Sequence record: NC_061444.1
Length of the DNA stretch: 64,000 nucleotides
Reading direction: 5' to 3' (one strand)
Shown here: positions 54,398 through 61,479 of the stretch, in pieces
How positions within the stretch are numbered: position 1 is the first letter of the stretch
Layout: every line of letters begins with the position of its first letter
Notes under the pieces: model-generated
What the model saw: only the letters and a program-made list of their open reading frames with translations
The model's database searches: none
What the model was told of the DNA's origin: nothing
Made by a program: the position numbers and the translations under genes

Positions 54398-54424
54398 AAA
54401 AAGGGCAGCCGAAGCCACCCTTTT
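54398..54424 (-). terminator. Rho-independent terminator (repeated family)
   Basis: GGGTGGC-TTCG-GCTGCCC-TTTTT. Confidence 0.8.
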
Positions 54425-54511
54425 GTAGATGGCGCGCTATGCACCCGACTGTTAAGTCTACTACGGTTATTTTACCTCGCAGTAGTCAGCGAGGAGATTG
54501 GGATCACCTCC

Positions 54512-55048
54512 TCATGCTGATTGAAGATCGACAACTTCATCGTCTTCGATATCAGCGGCAGACCACGAACGAAGCACGGACGCATTGCCGCGATTGCCTG
54601 TCAACATCATTTTGATTGACGGTCGAGCATCGCGCTCTGCATAATGGTCGATAAGAGCTTTGTCATTAGCGAACCACAAAATGGAGTGACCACCTTTAGG
54701 GCAGATCAAGAATTGAGGTGGACGCTGAGGAACGTTCAACGTCATGTAGAAATCACCAGCGCCAGTAGGACCAACCATAGGCATTGGCTTCATGACCTGC
54801 ATAAAATCAGTGGCGTCTGTAAGACGTTTATCGCCCAGCAACCAGATAGCACCCTCTTCACCTTCACGCACAGCAGACAACGTGCCTTTGCGTGTAGTGA
54901 TTGAACCGAATACGTCTTGGTCAAATCGTGCAAGACCAAAGATAAGCGATGCGAGTTTCTTTAAGTCAGGCGTGGTACATGGACTTTCGATCTTCGCCAT
55001 GCCCTCAGACCCAACTGTAATCTTCGAGAGTGATACAAAGATTTCCAT
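54512..55048 (-). CDS. Hypothetical protein with shared N-terminal peptide
   Basis: 178 aa, MEIFVSLSK, first gene after motif B. Confidence 0.6.
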   Translation of the reverse strand: MEIFVSLSKITVGSEGMAKIESPCTTPDLKKLASLIFGLARFDQDVFGSITTRKGTLSAVREGEEGAIWLLGDKRLTDATDFMQVMKPMPMVGPTGAGDFYMTLNVPQRPPQFLICPKGGHSILWFANDKALIDHYAERDARPSIKMMLTGNRGNASVLRSWSAADIEDDEVVDLQSA

Positions 55049-55083
55049 TATTGTCTTCCAGAGCTGTATGATTGATTGTAGTT

Positions 55084-55091
55084 AAAATTAC
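55084..55091 (-). promoter_or_regulatory. Putative phage promoter motif B (TAATTT)
   Basis: GTAATTTT between a terminator and start 55048. Confidence 0.45.
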
Positions 55092-55115
55092 TAACGAGTC
55101 AGACATTTCTGAAAT

Positions 55116-55147
55116 AAAAATGGGTGGCTATTTAGCCACCCATTTTT
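55116..55147. terminator. Perfect 15-bp inverted repeat, bidirectional terminator-like
   Basis: AAAAATGGGTGGCTA-TT-TAGCCACCCATTTTT. Confidence 0.8.
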
Positions 55148-55157
55148 CACTTATTTA

Positions 55158-56441
55158 TTACTTCTTCTTTTTCTTTTTCTTCTCTTTGGGTTCGTCGTCT
55201 TCATCGTCGTTACCCAAATCAACCACCAGCTTGCCACTGTAGATATCAGACATTGTTCTGGTGATGCCTGTTTCCAGCATGATATCCGCAGGTACCGATG
55301 TAGAGTTGAATGCTACTTCGGCGTCTGCTAATGCTGATTGCAGATACACCAGACTGACCAGATTGACTTTGATTTTGTCTTTCTTGATCATGTTCATAAA
55401 CATCTTGAGGCCAGCTGACTGCCACTTATTCGTTTCGGCGTAATGACCCAGCACACCGTGAATGATCCAACGCGCTTTCGCTACGATTGCACGAGGGTTG
55501 TTCGCTTCACGCAGGAACTGAATAACACCAATCAGGTCCATACTGAGATAAGCACCAATCATCTGAACTGCTTTCGCTTCCATGTCGATTTCTGGATCAG
55601 CAGCAGCGAGTTCTGCAACGAGGTTCTTATCAAAGTCTTCGCCGCCTTTAACAGACGAGTAAATGTTTTGCAGCATGGTGATTGCACCACGCATCTGACC
55701 ACCAGCGTATTCTGCAACCTGATACAATGCCGCTTCTGCTTTCTCACGCGCTTTGTCTTTCTTCGGCATGATATCCAGCTTCTCGCCAATCTCAACCAGA
55801 CGCTTATGAATCACGTCAGTTGGAATAGGTCTGATAGGCAGTTGCGTCATACGACTGATCATCGTGCCTTTCATCTTCTCTGGGTTCGTTGTTACGAAGA
55901 TGAAGACAACGTGCGCTGGTGGCTGTTCGGTAATCTTGAGCAGCTTGGATTCAGCAGCACTGGACATGAGGTGCGATTCATCGAAGATAAACACGCGACG
56001 TTTGAACATAGGGCTTAACGGTGCAGAGTCAACGATCTTCTGTGAACCGTCTACTTTACCTGCATCGCCACCCATATCAAATTCTTGTACGTCCATGTGA
56101 CCGCCAGTTTCCATAAGCTGACATGAACGACACTTGCCACACGCAGAGAACGAATCGCAGTTGATGTACTTCGCTACCAGACGTGCGAACGTTGTCTTAC
56201 CAGAACCGAGGTGGCCGGTAATGATCATCGTTGACGGAATCGTTTTCGACTTCTGCCAACCTTTCATGATCTTAACGATGTGGTCTTGACCAACGTAGTC
56301 TTCGATACGTTTAGGTCGGAACTGATCAGCAAAGTTAACCGTAGTCAACTCAACTGACTCAGAAGAACCGCTTTTCTTTTTCGATGGCTTATCGTCACCG
56401 AAGGAACGCGCTTTCTTCTTTTTCTTTTCTTCTTTCGCCAT
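55158..56441 (-). CDS. dnaX: Clamp loader AAA+ subunit, DNA polymerase III gamma/tau (DnaX)-like
   Basis: RPKRIEDYVGQDHI, GHLGSGKTTFAR, CGKCRSC, DESHLMS, LLKITEQPP..VVFIFVTT, TMISR; Lys-rich ends. Confidence 0.9.
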   Translation of the reverse strand: MAKEEKKKKKARSFGDDKPSKKKSGSSESVELTTVNFADQFRPKRIEDYVGQDHIVKIMKGWQKSKTIPSTMIITGHLGSGKTTFARLVAKYINCDSFSACGKCRSCQLMETGGHMDVQEFDMGGDAGKVDGSQKIVDSAPLSPMFKRRVFIFDESHLMSSAAESKLLKITEQPPAHVVFIFVTTNPEKMKGTMISRMTQLPIRPIPTDVIHKRLVEIGEKLDIMPKKDKAREKAEAALYQVAEYAGGQMRGAITMLQNIYSSVKGGEDFDKNLVAELAAADPEIDMEAKAVQMIGAYLSMDLIGVIQFLREANNPRAIVAKARWIIHGVLGHYAETNKWQSAGLKMFMNMIKKDKIKVNLVSLVYLQSALADAEVAFNSTSVPADIMLETGITRTMSDIYSGKLVVDLGNDDEDDEPKEKKKKKKK

Positions 56442-56478
56442 TTTACTTTCGCCCTATAGTTTGATGCGTTACATCAGG

Positions 56479-56487
56479 TATTTACAG
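56479..56487 (-). promoter_or_regulatory. Putative phage promoter motif A (CTGTAAATA)
   Basis: Exact motif 38 nt upstream of clamp loader start. Confidence 0.55.
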
Positions 56488-56496
56488 ATTTCAGAC

Positions 56497-56532
56497 AAAA
56501 AGAAAGGACCACATCCAAAATGGAGGGTCCTT
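56497..56532 (-). terminator. Rho-independent terminator
   Basis: AAGGACC/GGTCCTT plus TCCA/TGGA stem followed by TCTTTTT. Confidence 0.6.
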
Positions 56533-56585
56533 ATGGTGTTACAATAAGTTTTGGATGGTAACGCATCGGCAGTGGGCGCTGTCGA

Positions 56586-56783
56586 TTAGGCAAAGCACAT
56601 TTCCCATCGCGGTACGACGCGGAAGAAGTGCTTAAAGTTGGACGGTGGGTTGTTCTTGATTGATTCAAGTTTCTGTTCCACTACGTCATAATCTTTTATG
56701 CCACTCTCTACGGTGTGAGTGGTGAATGTACCGTCAGCCTGAATCAGGTCGGCGACAACACGGTAGCTTGGTTTACGAAGCAT
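56586..56783 (-). CDS. Small hypothetical protein
   Basis: 65 aa, AGGAGA RBS. Confidence 0.65.
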   Translation of the reverse strand: MLRKPSYRVVADLIQADGTFTTHTVESGIKDYDVVEQKLESIKNNPPSNFKHFFRVVPRWEMCFA

Positions 56784-56822
56784 CTATTCTCCTGTGCTAA
56801 AATTTCTCGTTCTTCTGAATTA

Positions 56823-56831
56823 TGTTTACAG
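56823..56831 (-). promoter_or_regulatory. Motif A variant (CTGTAAACA)
   Basis: One mismatch; 40 nt upstream of start 56783. Confidence 0.35.
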
Positions 56832-56876
56832 TTTACTGCGAGTAGTCACACAAGAATAAAGTCAGAAAAGTCTTAA

Positions 56877-57205
56877 ACTCCAATAGGCTCTCAGAGAAAA
56901 CATATTGGAGTCCACCCTCGCCAGATGACGGTCTAGCCAGGGCTTTCTCCCCGTGTCTTTCAAATGCACCGACACGGTAGCGCTCGCGGTCTTACGCTCT
57001 CTGCGGCAGCGAACGTTTCGGCAGGTAGCGGAGTTCGCAGCCTAGAGCAGCCGCTTTTCGGCCATAGCGATAACGCGGTGTTACGCTACTTGGCCTAGGG
57101 TGACTCAGGGCCGAGTCTGTACAAAAAAGAGTTCGGCCTATCCCCAAATTCGGCAAAAGAAACAGGCCGAACTAAACAGTCAGCGCAAACTCCGTATGCA
57201 CTGTT
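56877..57205 (-). ncRNA. Candidate structured non-coding RNA (unknown family)
   Basis: ORF-free GC-rich island with at least 7 stems; several extend by G.U pairs only on the minus strand; motif B at 57217-57224 upstream. Confidence 0.45.
57123..57173 (-). terminator. Long hairpin with U-tract (terminator or attenuator)
   Basis: AGTTCGGCCT/AGGCCGAACT 10-bp stem, extended by G.U pairs, then CTTTTTT. Confidence 0.65.
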
Positions 57206-57216
57206 TTGTACTGTTA

Positions 57217-57224
57217 TAAATTAG
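57217..57224 (-). promoter_or_regulatory. Putative phage promoter motif B (CTAATTT)
   Basis: CTAATTTATAACAG with no CDS downstream for about 430 nt. Confidence 0.45.
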
Positions 57225-57251
57225 AAACATTCCGAAATATTCAGACAATTC

Positions 57252-57839
57252 TTAGTTCAGCATTGGACGCAGCTTTGACAAGAAATGTTGTCTGTCGAAT
57301 GATTCAATTCGGTGAGGATGATCGATGTGCAGGTTCCATCCTTTGGTAAACAGCAACACGTTACGCGGCAGTACCAGTTGATCACCAACGCGAGTGAACT
57401 TGTCACGCACAGCAGTAACAGGATTGTCGTCAACAAGAATCCAAGTACCTTCCCCGTACTTCTCATTGAGGTAAGCAATCTTGTCAGGATGTTGGCGACT
57501 GTCCAGCACGTCGATGTGATCGAACAACGACAGGTGTTTCTCCAGAGCCTTACGTGTGTTGCGTTCACCCTTAGCATGATAGCCACGATGCGTACAAATG
57601 CCGACGCTGAATCCTTCGCGCACCAGGAACGCCACAGTCTGGATGAAGTAGTCACGCATGTTGGCTTCTAACATGAAGCGACCATCTTCCAGCATATCGA
57701 CAAAAGGCTGGTGGCCGTTTTCAGGAGTGATGTAAGTATCTGTCCCAGGGTAGATTCCCCAGTTCATTAGATAACACAACATGAAGTTGTGCGTATCAAA
57801 TGCCGTGTCGTCCATGTCGAAGAAAATATGTTTGATCAT
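57252..57839 (-). CDS. HAD-superfamily 5'(3')-deoxyribonucleotidase-like phosphatase
   Basis: IFFDMDDT (DxD motif I), ICTHRG, K in DKIAY, ILVDDNP (motif IV). Confidence 0.82.
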   Translation of the reverse strand: MIKHIFFDMDDTAFDTHNFMLCYLMNWGIYPGTDTYITPENGHQPFVDMLEDGRFMLEANMRDYFIQTVAFLVREGFSVGICTHRGYHAKGERNTRKALEKHLSLFDHIDVLDSRQHPDKIAYLNEKYGEGTWILVDDNPVTAVRDKFTRVGDQLVLPRNVLLFTKGWNLHIDHPHRIESFDRQHFLSKLRPMLN

Positions 57840-58183
57840 TAATGCCTCGTGCTTTTAACTACCAGAGGAATATCGTTGATGAAGGCGAGAGTGAGCAACT
57901 CGCTGGTATAGCGCATTCGCATTTCGTCCGCGTTCATTACAACGATGATATCGGCGAGAGGATCTACTTTGAAGATTGGAACCTCGATAAGCGTAGCAGC
58001 GTCTGGGTCTTCTTCATCGTCAACAACAAAGTAGGCGCCGTACATTAATACATTGTCACCGGAATCGACGAGGTGTCCAACGATTGCATCATCGCCGTCC
58101 ATCACCATGTGCAGTGGCTGGTCGATGTAGTAACCGCTGTCATCGTCTGCTCCGAACTCAAAATCGAAGTCCTCGTCGTCCAT
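57839..58183 (-). CDS. Acidic hypothetical protein
   Basis: 114 aa, TAATG coupling. Confidence 0.65.
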   Translation of the reverse strand: MDDEDFDFEFGADDDSGYYIDQPLHMVMDGDDAIVGHLVDSGDNVLMYGAYFVVDDEEDPDAATLIEVPIFKVDPLADIIVVMNADEMRMRYTSELLTLAFINDIPLVVKSTRH

Positions 58184-58186
58184 AAA

Positions 58187-58762
58187 CTATGCCCTCAAAT
58201 CAACCAAGATAGACGCAGACAAATCTCGGAGCATGTCACGACCGAGAGGTGTATACATCGTTTGAGCTACCACAATGCGTTCAAGGAATAGGCGCGAGCT
58301 AATAACATCTCTGCCTGTTTTCTGTTGAACGAAGTCGATGATTGATGATGGAGGTTGAATGAGGAACGTTAAGATCTCAGCATCGTGCAGCACGTTGCCC
58401 ATCTCTGTCACAGGACGCATCTCTGTCTCCTGATCGAGTATGTAAGAGATCACACGGTCCTCATTACCAATATTGCGATGTGTCTTGAAGAACCTACGTG
58501 CAGCATTAACAGTCTGCATGAAATCGTATTCCGAAGAAGTCGGCATACGGAGAAATAGGGAAGCGAGCAGCAGATTTATTTCTAACTTCGGACCTTGCTC
58601 AATGTTCAGCATGGCGTGTGAGGTTAACACGACATTCAGCGAGAAGTCACGAGTGTAGAGTGGGTGAGAGATCGCTGTCTGATCGAAGTAGTCAAGGGCT
58701 TGACGTAACCCTTGACGATTCAACAGGTGCTCTGCCTTGATACGAGTTAGGCGCTGCATCAT
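58187..58762 (-). CDS. Hypothetical protein, possibly degenerate HD-domain fold
   Basis: 191 aa, helical; VLHDAEIL and LLLASLF recall HD hydrolases but the canonical HD pair is missing. Confidence 0.45.
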   Translation of the reverse strand: MMQRLTRIKAEHLLNRQGLRQALDYFDQTAISHPLYTRDFSLNVVLTSHAMLNIEQGPKLEINLLLASLFLRMPTSSEYDFMQTVNAARRFFKTHRNIGNEDRVISYILDQETEMRPVTEMGNVLHDAEILTFLIQPPSSIIDFVQQKTGRDVISSRLFLERIVVAQTMYTPLGRDMLRDLSASILVDLRA

Positions 58763-59733
58763 TCGCCGCTACTAATCTCTTTCAGGCTGTTCTTGATTGC
58801 CTTACGCAACGTCTTGCCTGTGTCGATGCCGTCGATGTGACGAGCGAATACGTTAGCGAACAGCGTGGTTGGATTTTTCATAATCGCTTTATCAAGGTCA
58901 GGACGACCCTCAGCGATTTGCATTTCACCAGGCCAGAGTTCTGCTACTGCCGCGCTGTCAGTCGCTGCGATCATTTCCAGTTCGCGGACAGAGATAGAGT
59001 TCTGCCGTGCGATAGTGCGGAAAATCATGTCAACAAAAGGCAGCAGGTCTTCGGACACAACGTTCTTAACGTCTTTCGCGTCACCAGCACGTTGGAAGTC
59101 TTCGAGCAGACCAGTAAGAGTGCTCAGGTTCAGGCGCTGCACATTGCGCAGTTTCTTGAACAGCAGCATCCACTTGACCTTGCGCTTAGAACTCAGCAGG
59201 TGAGTCCACACTGATTCACCGAGAGCGATCATCAGTTTGTTGTAGACGTCAACCGATACGCAGTCACGATCAACGAACACATTGATCTCGTCGTGCCATT
59301 CGTCCTTGCGGAACTTAGAGCGGAACGAGTGTGTCTTCGAACCAGACTGCTGGATGAAGTTGATTTGCTTGCAGCGACGAACCGCTTCTTGCAGATTGTA
59401 CTTCTCGATAATCTTCGGAAGTTTCTTGACTGCGATGCGACACGCTTTAGCGACTTCGGCCTCACGCCCATAAAGAGCAAGACGAGGCAGACCGCCATAG
59501 ACAGGCATCGAAGCATATGGTCTGACAGTCACACCACATACTGACATACCTGGCTCTGGGTCTGGGCCGAGAACAGCAAGCACGTCACCAGCTTTAGGAC
59601 TGAACTTAATTGTTTCTGGTTCAGGCGAACCAAGCGTATTAGCCAGAAGGCCAACAGTTTTGCCGGTTGCCAGAACAAGATGATTTTTATTACCCTGTCT
59701 TACGACAACGTAATCTCTTTCACTATGTTTCAT
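58759..59733 (-). CDS. Hypothetical protein
   Basis: 324 aa, typical codon pattern, ATGA overlap. Confidence 0.7.
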   Translation of the reverse strand: MKHSERDYVVVRQGNKNHLVLATGKTVGLLANTLGSPEPETIKFSPKAGDVLAVLGPDPEPGMSVCGVTVRPYASMPVYGGLPRLALYGREAEVAKACRIAVKKLPKIIEKYNLQEAVRRCKQINFIQQSGSKTHSFRSKFRKDEWHDEINVFVDRDCVSVDVYNKLMIALGESVWTHLLSSKRKVKWMLLFKKLRNVQRLNLSTLTGLLEDFQRAGDAKDVKNVVSEDLLPFVDMIFRTIARQNSISVRELEMIAATDSAAVAELWPGEMQIAEGRPDLDKAIMKNPTTLFANVFARHIDGIDTGKTLRKAIKNSLKEISSGE

Positions 59734-59744
59734 AACGGCCTTTA

Positions 59745-60263
59745 TTAATAGAGTGAGTCAACGATGTGGTTAACGTGAACCTGCGCTGTGTGACCGCGAC
59801 AGGCGCGTCCTTCGGTTTGTTCGAACGTTGCAGGGCGCCAGTTCTCTGCGAGTTCAACGGAGACGATAACTTGTTCATCCCACATATCTCCGTCTTCAAG
59901 AACACCTGCGATCATGCGAAAAGCCGCCGGGCAGTCTTTGCCTAGATGCGACAGTTGAGCAATGATGACATGAGGCTTGGTTCGATCTTCGAGTTCATCG
60001 AGCGCCCAGCCAAGTTCAGACAGAGAACGAATTTGGAATGATTCTACTTGAGAATTTCCACGATACTCGTCTGGTCCGAAATAAACAATTTCAAAATCGT
60101 TGACGTCGGTTTGACTAACAAAAAAGTGAGGCGCGTCCACCAAAATAGAAGGTGCGGCGCGCATCTGGAGAAAGCCCATATATGGGTATGGAACATCACG
60201 GACTTCTACCGAACAGGACTTCCCAGCAAAACTTTGGATTATGCTGTGTGCGAGATTATTCAT
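59745..60263 (-). CDS. Hypothetical protein
   Basis: Start moved to ATG 60263 (GAGG RBS); 172 aa. Confidence 0.6.
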   Translation of the reverse strand: MNNLAHSIIQSFAGKSCSVEVRDVPYPYMGFLQMRAAPSILVDAPHFFVSQTDVNDFEIVYFGPDEYRGNSQVESFQIRSLSELGWALDELEDRTKPHVIIAQLSHLGKDCPAAFRMIAGVLEDGDMWDEQVIVSVELAENWRPATFEQTEGRACRGHTAQVHVNHIVDSLY

Positions 60264-60270
60264 AGTAACC

Positions 60271-60462
60271 TCATTTCTCAGGAGGAGTGAAGGGGCTTTG
60301 AGCATAGCTATACCCATAGCTTACCATTTTGTTTTGCTGACGCTTCGCATTCTGCTTACGCTTGGCCTCGGCTTCACGTTTGTCTAGCTCGTCAAAGATA
60401 CCTACGCGACGGGCGTAACGAAACTTAGGATGCACGGAGATATGTTTGACGATAGCTGTCAT
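60271..60462 (-). CDS. Small basic hypothetical protein
   Basis: 63 aa, GAGGA RBS. Confidence 0.6.
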   Translation of the reverse strand: MTAIVKHISVHPKFRYARRVGIFDELDKREAEAKRKQNAKRQQNKMVSYGYSYAQSPFTPPEK

Positions 60463-60472
60463 TCGTTATTCC

Positions 60473-61006
60473 TCAATCAGGTCTGTTCATCTGTCGATCG
60501 ATATACTCGGCCATTTCGTCTTCGTCATCTTCATCCATGTTTGCCTTTAAGTCTTTCTGCTCCAACGCAGATAACTCTCGGACATACTTCTGGCGAGCAC
60601 GAAGCGCAACAATGTTTTCTTTAGGTAGTTGGTAGATCAACCACGTATACGAATACATCAGAGGGAAACTTTTCAAACGCTTTTCAGGCTTGAGCATTTG
60701 ACGCATAATGCGCTGCGAATAATCATCAAACTTGGCTTGCATTCCTTTTGTCGAATCAAGCCAACGATCAAGAAACGCAAAGCCATTTTTATCTACAAGA
60801 CTTTGCGCATCACACGCAGCAGAAAGCATAAGACGGCTATCCTTTGTCTTGTTGTATTTCTTTTCCAACTCAGGAAACGTTCCATGTTTCTGTTCGATAT
60901 ACAACTCGATTATGATCGCATACCGAATGCGTTGGTTCTCATTAACCTCTGGATAGATCTTTACCACTACGTCCTCTACACTGGTTTGAGTTTCAGATGG
61001 GTCCAA
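60473..61006 (-). CDS. Hypothetical protein
   Basis: 177 aa, helical with acidic tail. Confidence 0.65.
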   Translation of the reverse strand: MDPSETQTSVEDVVVKIYPEVNENQRIRYAIIIELYIEQKHGTFPELEKKYNKTKDSRLMLSAACDAQSLVDKNGFAFLDRWLDSTKGMQAKFDDYSQRIMRQMLKPEKRLKSFPLMYSYTWLIYQLPKENIVALRARQKYVRELSALEQKDLKANMDEDDEDEMAEYIDRQMNRPD

Positions 61007-61479
61007 GGAAAATCACAATCTTCCATAGAGTCGTTCGCTTCTGCAAATTCAGCAAAGTCTGCTATGTCTTCGTCGTGACCGAACATAGCTGTGAACTCTT
61101 GACCTTCTAATTCCGCCTGCCAGTCTTCGTCATCTTCGATAACACGTTTCCAGATTGCGTCATGAAGCTCTGTGAACTTCTGGGCTTTCTTAGGGAAACG
61201 CACGTTCAAATAATCACGAGCGTAGCAGATCGTATAGTCTCCAGAATCAACAAGACGCTTGATTGAGGAGTACGGCTTTTTAGGGTCGAAGCCTGCAACA
61301 CACTTCAAGTAACTCTGATGAAGTTCAGGAGAGGCACTCTCCATGTCAGTCAGGCTCGCAGTTTCGATCAGGCGATTGACAACTTTTTTATTAGCCAGAA
61401 TTGGCCATTGGCTCGGCGGCAGTTCAACACTTTCGGACAGAACAAACTCCAACCGAAATAGAACTTCAAGCAAACTCAT
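60976..61479 (-). CDS. Hypothetical protein
   Basis: 167 aa, ATGA overlap with upstream gene. Confidence 0.65.
   Translation of the reverse strand: MSLLEVLFRLEFVLSESVELPPSQWPILANKKVVNRLIETASLTDMESASPELHQSYLKCVAGFDPKKPYSSIKRLVDSGDYTICYARDYLNVRFPKKAQKFTELHDAIWKRVIEDDEDWQAELEGQEFTAMFGHDEDIADFAEFAEANDSMEDCDFPWTHLKLKPV

Noticed and set aside
56877-57205. tmRNA, RNase P, SRP or hammerhead identity for the structured island
   Set aside because: Lacks the tRNA-like ends with T-loop, GAGGAAAGUCC, the SRP loop and the CUGANGA..GAAA core; left as unknown.
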